Assembly: GCF_001194135.2 (NCBI RefSeq)
Contig: NC_068987.1
Location: 32,458,610-32,522,609 of the forward strand
DNA length: 64,000 nt
Direction of reading: 5' to 3'
Origin: Octopus bimaculoides
Taxonomy: Eukaryota
Positions within the stretch are counted from its first letter, which is position 1. Each line of letters opens with the position of its first letter. A program made the position numbers and the translations under genes. Below are positions 13,098-26,704 of the stretch, one piece after another. The notes below the pieces were generated by a model. The model searched no databases. It was not told the origin of the DNA and saw only the letters and a list, made by a program, of their open reading frames with translations.

Positions 13098-13708
13098 GTA
13101 ATTGTACATTATAAATATACATAATGTAGTCGAGTAGTATATCATTAGTCGTGGCCGGTCACAAAGTTACCGTTGGTTTTATGTCTATTATTGTACTGGG
13201 TTATATAGGCGACGCATGAGTCCTACTAGCTAGGGAAACAACCTCTTTGCTAAATTCAGAGATTTTAAAGTGAGCTCTTTAAAAAAAACAAAACTGACTA
13301 AGACTTCATTAGTAAAGAAGTCATGTGCTTCCAGCTTTCATGTTCCGTTTGTCACCTATATTGCAAGTTTCTGATACACCATAAATAAATATAGTATTCG
13401 ATTTCATAAAACATTACAACCCCCACCCCAGTAGAGTGTGCTTTTATTCCGAACTTAGGGATACTTGACCGATANNNNNNNNNNATATATATATATATAT
13501 ATGATATGAGGAGTTTTCGCCAGGATGACCAACCTAATAGGTATGCGTTCTGAGTGCTCAAATAGGCGTACCATTTCTATCTATCTATCTATCTAGTTGT
13601 TGCTCACTCACTCTCACTAATATGTATGTGCATGTGCGTGCGTGTATGAGTAATATGTATCCATGTATGTATGTATGCATTAAACAGAAGCATATATATA
13701 TTAGTTAG

Positions 13709-13915
13709 GACCAAGCTCCCTCGGAATATTATTTGTTCCGATCCGTGGCTCAGTTTCCAGGCTCACGACGCTTCGTCAAGCAAAAGGAAGCGGAAGCTTA
13801 TTTGAAAGAGTCTTTCGTCTCTAAGGACAAAACGTGGTATCCACATGAGATTAAAGGACTGGCAGAAAGGTGGCTTTAGACGGCGCAACACGATGGCGTC
13901 TACTTTGAACGCTAG
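13709..13915 (+). mobile_element. Mariner transposase C-terminal fragment (pseudogene)
   Basis: DQAPSEYYLFRSVAQF...ESFVSKDKTWYPHEIKGLAERWL*TAQHDGVYFER*, matching the mariner DLAPSDY.LF and RW..V...DG.YFE motifs. Confidence 0.85.
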
Positions 13916-13929
13916 GCTGACGAATGAAG

Positions 13930-14500
13930 CAAATAAGCTACCAAGCTATTGTAAATCGTTTGATTCAATACAATACCTTCCTTTGAAGTCATTAGCAATC
14001 ATGCCCATGTAGTGTCTTGTGATGATTTTGGATGGTGTGAGGGTGACTCTATAGACAACAGCCCTTGAGAGGCAGGATCTTCCTAAATAATAGGACTTTG
14101 GAGTACAGGCTGGAATGTTGATTGGTGGCCGTGTAGACTGTGCTTGTGTGTACCGTAGCAAGCGATGTTAGAAGCGATATCCTCTAAGCAGGCGTTACTA
14201 TTCTTACCACTGAGGGGTTGAAGAGCATAGAGTACTTATGGTCTCTAGGGAGATGTTTCTTGGGCAATAACAGGAAGCCCTAGCTATGTTGGTTGTAACT
14301 TCTAGGTTAAATGGAGAGTTGAACCAAATTTTAATCTCTTTCTGGCACACTTCTCGGAGAGTAAGGCGATTAACACGATTTCCTCTGCGAATCGACCATC
14401 TGTTATTGGTTTGAAGTATAGCAAAGCTAAAGCCCGGCAAACATTAATTGAGAGGTCACTTGCGACTTCGAAATTTCCATTCAAGTGCTTTTTTTCAAAG
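13930..14500 (-). mobile_element. Penelope-like element fragment (linker + GIY-YIG endonuclease)
   Basis: KIWFNSPFNLEVTTNIAR (ORF 14204-14440) and LGRSCLSRAVVYRVTL...HYMGMIANDFKGRY (ORF 13946-14161), matching the PLE IIWFNPP and CL...VVY.A...YIG.T...FK.RY motifs. Confidence 0.75.
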
Positions 14501-15027
14501 GAAGGAATTTAGACCAAAGTTTCGAAGCTACTGTTAGAATTTTCTATGCACCCCCCCACACACACTATAATGTATGTATTATGAATATATATTGATGTAA
14601 ATGTGTAAGTGAACATATGAGAGAAGTATATTTATAGTAATCTGTCCGTTTGTAGGAGGTTGGATGCTAACAACTTATTCCGGTGTCAAAATCACCACCA
14701 TTCCTTTGTTGACACAATATACACTTTGGGCAAGGATTGTTTCAGAAGAAGAGTGTCAAAATTAAATTCGGTCAGTCTCTTGACGGCCAACAGAAAATAG
14801 AAGAGGTGGTGGAACCACATAGAAACGTAGGAAACATGTGGTGGAGATTTCTACAACAGAAGGATAGTGCTGGAAGAATTCTGGGAAGACAGCCAAAAAC
14901 ACCGCTGAATCGAATAATCTGATCAGTCATCATTTTAGCAGGAAGGAGCAATTTTCCAGTTGCCAACACTCGCAGTGTTCCAAATTAAAACGAAAATGGT
15001 CTGCCAGATTCTTTATACAATTTACAC

Positions 15028-15058
<31 letters not shown>

Positions 15059-15111
15059 TGTATGTATGTATGAATGTATGTATGTATGTATGTGTGGGTA
15101 TGTATACATAC

Positions 15112-15148
<37 letters not shown>

Positions 15149-15164
15149 CAAAAATATATGTCCC

Positions 15165-15275
15165 TATGTATTAATGTCTATCTATATGTATGTACGTATA
15201 CATCTGTATTTATGTATTATGTATGTATTCATATATGTTTGTATAAATGTCTATCTATACACACACAAAGATATA

Positions 15276-15322
<47 letters not shown>

Positions 15323-15600
15323 GCACACACACACACATATATATATATGTGTGCGTGTGTCTGTGTGTGTGTATATGCATGGATATCGCTATGTATGTAT
15401 TATGTGTATGTATAGATGTATATACCTATGTATGCATAAATATATGTATCTATGTATGTATACGTATATGTGTCTATGTACATATATATATGTATTAATG
15501 TCTATCTATATGTATGTACGTATACGTCTGTATTTATGTATTATGTATGTATGCATATATATTTGTATAAATGTCTGTCTATACACACAAAGATATATGC

Positions 15601-15631
<31 letters not shown>

Positions 15632-15720
15632 TATATATGTGTGCGTGTGTCTGTGTGTATGTGTATATGCATGGATATCGCTATGTATGTATGTATGTAT
15701 GTGTATATATATATATATAT
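15165..15720. repeat. Tandem duplication (period 324 bp) of a low-complexity TA/TG-rich unit
   Basis: TATGTATTAATGTCTATCTATATG... starts at 15165 and again at 15489, with a few substitutions between copies. Confidence 0.8.
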
Positions 15721-16569
15721 CTGTAAGATTGGAAGCATCTGTGTGTGTGTTTGTGCGAGTTTGTGTGGGAGTGAGCATCTGTACGTGTCCGATCAAATTT
15801 GCATTTAGGTAACATAACACTTGAAGCACTTTGGACACATGTAATTACACACGCATACACACAAACATCCACGCCTACACATATACGCACATACGTAAAG
15901 ACAGACACACATACGCAAACGTATGTATATCTATGCACACATGCACACACATACACGTATATATACGCATATAAGTCTCTGTGTGTGTGTGTGTATATGT
16001 GTGTGTATGCATTTATTTATACAACCTCGGACACTGTGCAGTAACATACAGAGAATGAATGGTAAATGGTCCTCCGTCGGTTTCAATGATGATTACTTCA
16101 ATCGTTTAATCAAGCGAAGTGCCTACTCAATGTGTTATAACCTCTGTGACTGAGTATTCCAAGGAAGCTTGTACACTTAAACTTAAACTTCAGTCGATTG
16201 ATGGTTTGCACATAGTTCAGTGTTAGCCAGTGAAATTTTATAAGATTTAGGAGTTGACCTGAGACTAGAGTAAAATGCATTTGCTTAAAATATCATACAT
16301 CTGGACGAAATGCAGAATCATGTGGTTGAGCAGCTGATTTCTTATCCACACAGATACAAACGCACATGCTCACACATAAATCTAGACACACACATCCACA
16401 CGCACACACACATGTACACACATGCTCAAAATTATGCACACAGGTGCACAACTTCCTCGAGTTGCATTCCCTCGCGTTCGGTACCATGTGTTTATTATAG
16501 TAGCTTTGACTTTAAGAGTCCTTCCTAGCGTGAGGCATTTATGTATAGTAATGCCCTTAATATAAATAA

Positions 16570-16603
<34 letters not shown>

Positions 16604-16605
<2 letters not shown>

Positions 16606-17043
16606 TCTTTTACTCTTTACTATTTTACTCTTTACTCTTTTACTTGTTTCAGTCATTTGACTGCGGCCATGCTGGAGCACTGCCTTTAATCGAGCAAATC
16701 GACCCCAGAATTTATTCTTTGGAAGACTAGTACTTATTCTATCGGTCTCTTTTGCCGAACCGCTAAGTTACGGGGACGTAAACACACCAGCATCAGTTGT
16801 CAAGCGTTGTCGGGGGGACAAACACAGACACAAACATATACACACACATATATACACATACACATATATATACATATATACGACGGGCTTCTTTCAGTTT
16901 CGTCTACCAAATCCACTCACAAGGCTTTGGTCGGCCCGAGGCTATAGTAGAAGATACTTGCCCAAGTTGCAACGCAGTGTGAATGAACCCGGAACCATGT
17001 GGTTGGTAAGCAAGCTACTTACCACACAGCTACTCCTGCGCCT
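16604..17043 (-). mobile_element. SINE family A, full length
   Basis: Colinear with 9366-9771. Head AGGCGCAGGAGTAGCTGTGTGGT; tail of short (TAAAAGAG)-type repeats. Confidence 0.9.
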
Positions 17044-17064
17044 GATAAATAAACATTTTTCAGA

Positions 17065-17560
17065 TAGACATAACTCGTGGAATATCTTCAATAGATGATC
17101 CGTAAAAGTTTCCTTCAACAGAAAGTCTTCATTTAAGCCCCGCAGGACACTAACAGGGAGATAGAAATTGAGAAACCCAGATGCTTACCCACCAGATAAG
17201 ACTTGTATAGTTACTGCAGCCATTTATGAAGCCGAAATCATCTCTATTCCAAAGAATAAGGAAACTGAAAGAAGAAAATATTAGAATGTACGAAAGTGAC
17301 TTCAAAAATATATCCGCAAACCACCGATCCTCATTTGAGCATATAGGAACAAAGAAGGGCAAAACTAACAAGACAATATCTTGAACCTGAAAGACAGCAA
17401 TATATAAAAGTCTATCAATTAGAGTATACGAGAGAGATCCTGCCATAGACTAATGACTCAAGGAATGCAAGATTTGCAGAGCTGAAAGAAGACATTTTCT
17501 CATTAGATCGAAGGCCTGCGCCGGCCTTCTAAATTCGAGAACAATAATTATTTTAAGAAA
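17065..17560 (+). mobile_element. Highly degenerate Penelope-like GIY-YIG fragment
   Basis: With frameshifts: HNSWNIFNR*SVKVSF, KTCIVTAAIYEAEII, IRMYESDFKNISANHRSSF, KECKICRAE. The motif order is the same as in 13930-14500. Confidence 0.55.
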
Positions 17561-18116
17561 TAGACTTTTCGATAGCTTTCTATTATCGAACTGGAAGATG
17601 CCTCTATCACGAGAATAGATATGCACATTTATTCACCTACTTCCCCCCAATTCGACTGCCGAACGATCGATAATCAATTTAGATATAAACAATCAACATT
17701 AACAATAATCTTTATGTAACAGGTTAAAGGAACACGTTTCTTATCTCCCTTTTCCCTAAAAGACTTCCTCTCGTTTTTTTCTCGCCTTTCGTCATGGAAT
17801 AGTTATGTTATTTGAGCCGGAAAAAAACTTGCTGGATCGTACACGATCAGCAAAAATTGAAGTAACCTACGCATAACTCCAGTATTCATTAAACACACAC
17901 ACTCACGCACGTTCCTCTCCACCCCCACACGCGCGCATTCACGCACGCACGCACACACACGCACACACATGTATGTATGCATGGACATATCCTTACGTAT
18001 CAGACATTTGATATTCTCTCTCCCGTTTTATATCTTCTGCCTAGTTTATATCATTTTGTAGCCTTCTGTATGTTAACAGTGGATTTTCTTTAAGTGCCTT
18101 GGTGTATTTTAAGGCA

Positions 18117-18156
18117 TGAATCTTCATCATCATCATCATTATCATCACCGTTTTCT

Positions 18157-18197
<41 letters not shown>

Positions 18198-18215
18198 TTC
18201 TTCTTCTTCTTCTTC

Positions 18216-18261
<46 letters not shown>

Positions 18262-18482
18262 CCATCACTTTCTTCATCTTCTTTTTCACCTTGTTCACCA
18301 TCTTCTTCTTTTTCTTCTTCTTTTTCTTCTTCTTCTTTTTCTTCATCATCATGATCATCATGATCATCATGATCATCATGATCATCATCATCACCTTCTT
18401 CTTCTTCTTCTTCTTCTTCTTCTTCTTCTTCTTCTTCTTCTTCTTCTTCTTCTTCTTCTTCTTCTTCTTCTTCTTCTTCCCA
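18117..18482. repeat. Compound (CAT)n/(CTT)n microsatellite
   Basis: Read directly from the sequence. Confidence 0.95.
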
Positions 18483-19132
18483 TCATTATTTTCAGTACTA
18501 TTAGTATTATTACTACTATTATCACTACTCTTTTTTTTTCTTCCTCTCCTGTAGACAGAATATCGATTAGTTTGTGGAAGCATTGCTGGGAGGTTTACTC
18601 GTTGATATTCCAAATACTGTTGGCATTCTTCGCCATCTGTTCTCAAAGAGAATAAAGAACTTGAAATAACTTCTAAAGATATATGAAAATCCAATATGCA
18701 TGATTAAGTAATAGTGTTTCTCTGCTTACTTTAATGTATGAATGTATAGGTACACGTATGTGTGTATCTGTGTAAGCATGTATGTATGAATATGTATACC
18801 TTAACTTGTATATATCTACGCATGTATATATGGAAGTGGGTAGGTGGCTACGTAAGTGTATGTGAATGTCACTGCCTATGTTTAAATGCGAGTTGGTTTA
18901 TTGTATGTGTTTGATTCTTAGGTACGCACACAGAAACCCACATATACGTATGTATGCACGAATACATGTATGTATGGTAGTATTTATATTTATATCAACC
19001 TCTCTCAGTCTCTCCCTAAAGGAACTGATCAGGAAAAGAATCTCCGAAAAGTGACTTGAACGTAGTCTGTTTTATATACATAGACGTTTGGCCTTCTCTA
19101 CATACCTACACTTGTGTTTAATTATTTATATG

Positions 19133-19163
<31 letters not shown>

Positions 19164-19870
19164 TGTATGTATATATATATANNNNNNNNNNNNNNNNNNN
19201 NNNNNNNNNNNNNNNNNNNNNNNNNNNNNNNNNNNNNNNNNNNNNNNNNNNNNNNNNNNNNNNNNNNNNNNNNNNNNNNNNNNNNNNNNNNNNNNNNNNN
19301 NNNNNNNNNNNNNNNNNNNNNNNNNNNNNNNNNNNNNNNNNNNNNNNNNNNNNNNNNNNNNNNNNNNNNNNNNNNNNNNNNNNNNNNNNNNNNNNNNNNN
19401 NNNNNNNNNNNNNNNNNNNNNNNNNNNNNNNNNNNNNNNNNNNNNNNNNNNNNNNNNNNNNNNNNNNNNNNNNNNNNNNNNNNNNNNNNNNNNNNNNNNN
19501 NNNNNNNNNNNNNNNNNNNNNNNNNNNNNNNNNNNNNNNNNNNNNNNNNNNNNNNNNNNATGTATATATATGTTTCTGTTTATATATATTTGCATGACTA
19601 TAAATATATGCATGTATGTATGTATATATATATATATATATATGTATATATTTATATATATATTTACACACATAATATTCATATGTGTAGGTGTATATGC
19701 ACATATGTGTGCATACGTACATACACAGGAACACACACGAGCTTCTAGGTATAGATATATCTATTCAAAGTGAAAGTGATACTTATATACTACATATGTA
19801 TATACCTAAAAATACATACATTTGTTCGTAAATATATGTGGACATATATAGATAAATATATGTGTGTAAC

Positions 19871-19901
<31 letters not shown>

Positions 19902-20385
19902 ATATATATCTTGTTACTCACACACACACACACATATATAAATGTTGTTCTTCTGTTCTATACTCCTGAGACAAAAGGTAGAACTCTACTCTGTTTGATA
20001 TTAAAGAGGTTGTGCATTGTACACTGAACACAGAACTATATTGCGCGTAGCGCACATAACAATTCCCTTATCAGCGGATGCAAATAAAGCAATGCAGTTT
20101 TCATCTGCTTTAAACTTCGTTTTGCATCAGTCAGAAAATGGATTTAATCCTGAGTAAGGCACCAAAGAGAAGAAAGCAGAGAACATTTGTGAATATTCTG
20201 CCTCATGAACTAAAGAAAGTAATTCTTCCAATCTTATCTATTTTAATCTGTTGTTATCTGATTAAATAACCTCTAACTACTATATACAGTATTTACGAAA
20301 CAAATAGCTATACCGAGACTATGAATGTTTTTCCTGCAATGTCTACCTAACTTGACATTATTCGTAAAAAAATCCAATGGAATAT

Positions 20386-20566
20386 CGATTCCAAATTTTG
20401 GCACACGTCCAGCGACATCAGTCCTCAAGAAGTACTTATATTATCGACCCCGAAAAGGGAAAGCCGGCCTCGGTGGAATTTGAACTCATAACGTTGGGAC
20501 GGATAAAATACCGCTAAGCTTTATTAATTTACTCGGGGTGCTAGCGATTCTGCCAGCTTGTCCTCT
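20386..20566 (-). mobile_element. SINE family B, diverged
   Basis: ATTATCGACCCCGAAAAGGGAAAG...GGAATTTGAACTC...GCTAGCGATTCTGCCAGCT is the reverse complement of the B pattern. Confidence 0.7.
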
Positions 20567-22009
20567 TAACAATCGAATGAAGTATTAATGCAGATGTTTC
20601 ACAGATGGGTGAGGAAGAAAGAGGTTTATTTCAAAGCGCTACCTCTTCCGCTAATGTAGAATGAAGATTTAACTTTAAAGCTAAGGTATAAAGATTACAT
20701 AAAGAAAAAAATGTGGATTTTGAAAACAAGATTATCCTTAACTCGTCACCCATATATATATNNNNNNNNNNNNNNNNNNNNNNNNNNNNNNNNNNNNNNN
20801 NNNNNNNNNNNNNNNNNNNNNNNNNNNNNNNNNNNNNNNNNNNNNNNNNNNNNNNNNNNNNNNNNNNNNNNNNNNNNNNNNNNNNNNNNNNNNNNNNNNN
20901 NNNNNNNNNNNNNNNNNNNNNNNNNNNNNNNNNNNNNNNNNNNNNNNNNNNNNNNNNNNNNNNNNNNNNNNNNNNNNNNNNNNNNNNNNNNNNNNNNNNN
21001 NNNNNNNNNNNNNNNNNNNNNNNNNNNNNNNNNNNNNNNNNNNNNNNNNNNNNNNNNNNNNNNNNNNNNNNNNNNNNNNNNNNNNNNNNNNNNNNNNNNN
21101 NNNNNNNNNNNNNNNNNNNNNNNNNNNNNNNNNNNNNNNNNNNNNNNNNNNNNNNNNNNNNNNNNNNNNNNNNNNNNNNNNNNNNNNNNNNNNNNNNNNN
21201 NNNNNNNNNNNNNNNNNNNNNNNNNNNNNNNNNNNNNNNNNNNNNNNNNNNNNNNNNNNNNNNNNNNNNNNNNNNNNNNNNNNNNNNNNNNNNNNNNNNN
21301 NNNNNNNNNNNNNNNNNNNNNNNNNNNNNNNNNNNNNNNNNNNNNNNNNNNNNNNNNNNNNNNNNNNNNNNNNNNNNNNNNNNNNNNNNNNNNNNNNNNN
21401 NNNNNNNNNNNNNNNNNNNNNNNNNNNNNNNNNNNNNNNNNNNNNNNNNNNNNNNNNNNNNNNNNNNNNNNNNNNNNNNNNNNNNNNNNNNNNNNNNNNN
21501 NNNNNNNNNNNNNNNNNNNNNNNNNNNNNNNNNNNNNNNNNNNNNNNNNNNNNNNNNNNNNNNNNNNNNNNNNNNNNNNNNNNNNNNNNNNNNNNNNNNN
21601 NNNNNNNNNNNNNNNNNNNNNNNNNNNNNNNNNNNNNNNNNNNNNNNNNNNNNNNNNNNNNNNNNNNNNNNNNNNNNNNNNNNNNNNNNNNNNNNNNNNN
21701 NNNNNNNNNNNNNNNNNNNNNNTATATATATATAATACAGATAATATATGAACATATGCATGTATACATACATATATGTACATACCTACATCTACATGTG
21801 TATATAGATGCATATCCGGGTACAGGACGTCAAAAAACGTGGACAAAAAAGGAACACGAATATAACCAAAGCACAAAAAGCGGACTTTTTTTTTACGGAC
21901 AACAGAATGAACACATAGGAAAACAGACAAGCCCCTTATGGAACTTTTCCTTCATCAGCTGCCTCTATTACCAGAAGCTTAAAGTTGATGAACAAGAGTA
22001 TGTTTGAGA

Positions 22010-22430
22010 ATGAAAGCAGAGACAAAATCAAAGATAGAGTAGGCCGGTCGGCCTCTGCATCAAATCTTGCCAAAAGCTTGGCGATGCCTACTCAGAGGCC
22101 TACGCAAATTTTTCAAAAAGTTTTCATCTTTGTCGACACAATCAAGGAGATCTTGTGCAACTGAAACCCTAGTGTCTTCTTGGTCAGCTGAAAGCAGTTT
22201 TGGCACAAACTTGGCAGACACACCTCTTATACCCAAATCTTCAGTGATAATGGACTCATACACTCCTCTCCATACACTTTCTGCAACATTGCGTAGGCCT
22301 CTGAGCAAGTATTGCCATGACAACGTTCTCTGTCATGGTCATTGTGACGATCACACACTACACACTTCCCTTCCAAGGACTGCTATAAAAGGCAGAAGTG
22401 AGCTACAACGTTAAAACTTAGTGCGCATGC
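22010..22430. mobile_element. Rearranged non-autonomous mariner derivative (two inverted transposase 5' ends)
   Basis: Minus strand: GNTCSEAYAMLQKVYGEECMS joined to IITEDLGIRGVSAKFVPKLLSADQ...DENFLK. Plus strand: CIKSCQKLGDAYSEAYA. A perfect 17-bp inverted repeat lies at 22091-22107 and 22289-22305. Confidence 0.75.
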
Positions 22431-22719
22431 GCAGATCAAGGCCAATCTGTGCTAAGCAGATTCACTCTGCATGCTTTAGCTTCGTTACTATGACAACAGT
22501 CCGGATAATTATTGATCAAACTTCGTAGAGCCCTTAGGAAAAATACATCAGGAAAATGTAGGCAGTGACTACACAACAATGCCAAATAACATAATAAGCA
22601 CTGGAACTGTAAAATGCGAAGACAGACGTAACATGTCCAGCAAAAATAAAGTAAGAAATATGCACCAAACCAGAATACCATAGGCAAAAATATGAACGGG
22701 GGTGGGAATGTCAAACAAA

Positions 22720-23055
22720 TCTAAAACCTGCAAAAAGCGAAGGCGAAATTCATGATTATGATACTCTAAAAATGAGTATAGTCAAAGAATTAAAAGCCCC
22801 AGATCTCAGTATGGATCACCGATTGTACCTCCCAAAAATTAAATTGATAATAAAACAGCAATAATGATTAACATGAACCTGGCCACCACATAACTAATAG
22901 CTATAGAAACAAATGGCAATATGATCAGGCTAAATGATGTAATATATGCAGCAGCCTATGTGGTCACGAAAGAAGCTGGATATCCCCTCAGACCCATTGA
23001 AACAGGAGTATCACCACCCAAATAAACCCCGTGGATAAATAATATCCAGATCAAC
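22720..23055 (+). mobile_element. Probable N-terminal fragment of a Dong/R4-like ORF, cut off by the downstream DNA transposon
   Basis: NMIRLNDVIYAAAYVVTKEAG...PPK*TPWINNIQ resembles the LN.LIYAAA...PPW segment upstream of the RT in R4-clade elements (recalled, not searched). Confidence 0.4.
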
Positions 23056-23061
23056 TCTCTC

Positions 23062-23765
23062 TGAAACCAGTGTTTGCCCACAGTTTCCAGCAGCTTCAAA
23101 TAGCCGTCTGAACTGAGTTTGAATATTTGGGGTGCATGACATCACCCGGACTGGAAACACACCCAAAGACCAGCACAGTTTTGGGTAACATGGTTTTCAT
23201 GATACGTGGGGTATCACATGGATTGTAGGCAATCCATCTGTTCTGTGTGTTTTGAAACTATCAGAAGTTCTTTTTTTTTTTATCTCAGAAGAACCAGATC
23301 ATCTTTGTCTCAACAGTGTTTCTCAGTTTGTTCAGAACCTTCTTTGCCTTTATCAAAGTATACTTTTTGACCTTGGCTGTCAAAATGTGTCCCTTGTGCC
23401 TTTTTAAGGAGTAATTGGAAAGGTTTTATTTCAGGGCTAGCTTCTTCATAATGGCAGCTCCAACACCTACCTCTCTCGCTAAAGTTCGAATTCCCTAGCT
23501 CGGCTCCTCCATCATTTAGCCTTGCAGTTGTTGGCCGGAGCTCCGGCAGGCGGATGCAGACAGAACGCCTGCAGTGTCCCATCTTGCTGGCCACAGCTTC
23601 GTAGCCTCAGTTGCAACTGTTCAAGTCACGTCTACGGCCTTTTCAGTGTTCAGAAAGCATTGAGCAGCAGTCATGATGACAACATTTTGATGCCCGGCGC
23701 GAATCATCATGATAAAGTTAACTATTTTCCAATATCCAAATGGCTTCCCGTCCTCCATGTCAGCT
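23062..23765 (-). mobile_element. Degenerate Tc1/mariner-superfamily transposase, DD37D/maT-like
   Basis: Minus strand with frameshifts: MIRAGHQNVVIMTAAQC; KGHILT.K...KAKKVLNKL; IWFF*DKK; NRWIAYNPCDTPRIMKT.LP.TVLVFGCVSSPGDVM; DGYLKLLETV. Confidence 0.8.
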
Positions 23766-24730
23766 AACATTTTCTTAATTGCAACCTTTACACTTTATGC
23801 CCTCTGATACCGTTGACTGATTATCAATGCATCAAACTATTCCCGAAGAAAGGAGTCATAAGACGTCGTCAAATTTAGTCCGAACACTCTGTATATGTGT
23901 GAGTGTTTGACTTTGTGTGTGCAAATGTGTGTGTGTGTGTGTAGTGTGCATGTGAGATTTTAAGCATTAGCAAACACGTTGTAAAAAGTAAAACTGTAAA
24001 CAAAGTGAAAAATAATAAACATATATGAATCAAATTGTAGAAATAAAGATAACAAAACGTTAAATCGCTTTTCTGTTTTCTTATAAATTAACGCTGATAT
24101 TTCGTAAAGAGAAATAAACTTAAGAAATGGATTTAGGCGTCGTTTTAATAACATAATAATGGTAGCCATTCACCTGGTCGTTTTTGTTTCGTAATGTAAA
24201 ATTTGAGCAACTGTAAATAAAATGAAACACACATAAAATTGGAGTTATTTAAGAGCGACCAGAACAATGGTAATTATACACCATAAACAGCGATAAACAT
24301 ATTCACCTACGCATAAAGTCACAACCATAGAGATACACATAAAGACTCAAACATTTACGGATGCATATACAGAAACAAACGTGCATATATACATACATTC
24401 ACGCACATTCAAGTACGAATACATATCCGCTTACATCATACATACAGACGTAAATACATACATATATACGTATTTGGGCGCCTATATTGCTTCATATACT
24501 CATTTATTGATAAATACGCAAATATATGCAGATGTAAACACACAGGTGTAGACTTACGCATATTTAAAGAGAAATATATTTAAGCAAAAAACTATCTGCA
24601 TGTATATGTAAACACACATACAGAAATACGTTTTGATACGCACGTCTATATATATATATACATGTGTGTATGTAATTGTATAAGTACGTTTGAATGCATA
24701 TACATGTGCATGTATATGTATGTTGTGAGG

Positions 24731-24803
<73 letters not shown>

Positions 24804-25449
24804 GTAAAGTGAGCATAGTGGAAAATATATTTTGTTGAAGAATTACTAATGAGAAAAATTTTGCTGAGTTAAAAACTATGCTTACCAGTCAAACAATCTC
24901 TAAAAATGGCTACAATATAAAAAATAATATAGACGTACTTAATATTTACGTTTTATAACACTGCCACAAGAATACAAGTACTGGGGGAGACAATCAGGTG
25001 GTATATTGTTGTGTGGTTAGGTAATATATTTTGCTACCAGGTAGTTCCAAGTTCGATATAACACTCAGAAACTTTCGTAAATGTCTTGTACTGTAATGCC
25101 AACTAACCAATACCTTGTAAGAGGATATATGAATACTTAAATAAATACATAATTCGTTGGTAAGTCCAAAGCGTTGCTTTTACAGAAAACGAAAAAATAG
25201 TTTCACCATTCCATAGCAAAACCGTTGTACTACACTTTGACAATTTTTGATATCTGGGCATCTGAAGCAGCTGGAGGTACGATAGTTTGAGCAAAAGAAC
25301 CGACTATTTTAAACAAAAATAAATTTTGAAAAAGAACCCATTTGACCAAATTTGGACATACGACATTTTAACATAACAACGATATGTATTTATGTATATA
25401 AATTTACATACACACATACAGAGAGAGAGGTGGAGAGAGAGACAGAGGG

Positions 25450-25492
<43 letters not shown>

Positions 25493-25522
25493 CATATATA
25501 TACAGAGAGAGAGAGAGAGAGA

Positions 25523-25587
<65 letters not shown>

Positions 25588-26023
25588 TTATGAAGAGTGA
25601 TTCAGGGAATCCATGCGAGTACTTTAGTCAGCAATCCAAGCGAAATCCTAGTTAACTTGAGATACAAAGAAAGAAATCCTTCAGTTAATCCAATAATGTT
25701 TATATAAACTGAAAATTCGGGAAATATATTGATAATGAGAACAGTTAATCCATTGTCGAATATAAAGTTCTCACTGCAGTGACTCACAGACAGGCTGTCA
25801 TCAAAGTCTGCTTGTTCTGTAACCATTCTATTGGTCTCTGCTACTCGAAGTGGACTGGTCCAGCATAACTAGTTCCACTAGTTTCCCTTCGTTTCGTTAC
25901 TCATATTGAACTCATTCCAAGTCACTGCCGTAAATACTATATCTAATCCTTCCTACCCAGATCATCAAGCCTAGAGAAATACACTCTCACTCATGATTTT
26001 CTACTAATATTAATTAGCTGTAA

Positions 26024-26238
26024 TAAGGCAGCGAGTTGGCAAAATCATTAGCATTCCGGGCAAAATGTTTAGCGGCATTTCCTTCGTCATTAAATTCTGA
26101 GTTCAAATTCTGCTGAGTCGATTTTGCCCTTCATCCTTTCGGGGTTGGTAAAATTAGTAGCAGTTGAGCACTGAACTCGATGTAATCGACTTATTCCTTA
26201 TCCTGAAATCACTGGCCTTGTGACAAAATTTGAAATCA
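26024..26238 (+). mobile_element. SINE family B
   Basis: TAAGGCAGCGAGTTGGCAAAATCATTAGC...CTGAGTTCAAATTC...CATCCTTTCGGGG...CTTGTGACAAAATTTGAAA. Confidence 0.75.
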
Positions 26239-26285
26239 AAGACACAGTATTTCGTTTTGCAACCATAATATACTACATAATATAT

Positions 26286-26704
26286 AGACGTAGGAGTGGC
26301 TGTGTGGTAAGCAGATACTTACCAACCACATGGTTCGGGTGCATTCCCACTGCGTGGCAACTTGGTCAAGTGTACATCTACTATAGCCTCGGGCCGACCA
26401 AAGCCTTGTGAGTGGATTTGGTAGACTGAAACTGAAAGAAGCCCGTCGTATATACGTATATATATGTATATGTATGTGTGTGTATATGTTTGTGTCTGTG
26501 TTTGTCACCCCAACATCGCTTGACAACCGATGCTGGTGTGTTTACGGCCCCGTAACTTAGCGGTTCGGCTAAAGAGTCCGATAAAATAAGTACTAGGCTT
26601 CCAAAGAATAAATCCTGGTGTCGATTTGCTCGACTAAAGGCGGTGCTCCAGCATGGCCGCAGTCAAATGACTGAAACAAGTAAAAGAGTAAAGATTAAAA
26701 GAGT
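26286..26704 (+). mobile_element. SINE family A, full length
   Basis: Head AGGAGTGGCTGTGTGGTAAG, internal TA/TG microsatellite, and tail GCAGTCAAATGACTGAAACAAGTAAAAGAG. Confidence 0.9.

Noticed and set aside
13213-13240. ATGAGTCCTA...TAGGGAAAC, resembling a hammerhead stem II
   Set aside because: The core lacks CUG, and stems I and III are not recoverable.
19944-19988. VVLLFYTPETKGRTL, resembling the PETKG motif of MFS sugar transporters
   Set aside because: Upstream is pure CA/TA microsatellite with no usable splice acceptor, the expected acidic residues after the motif are missing, and no other transporter exon is visible. Probably chance, though a BLASTX would settle it.
21930-21965. Minus-strand CUGAUGA followed by a GGAA/UUCC stem
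   Set aside because: No GAAA or NUH follows (TAAG instead). At most a dead relative of the 56468 motif.
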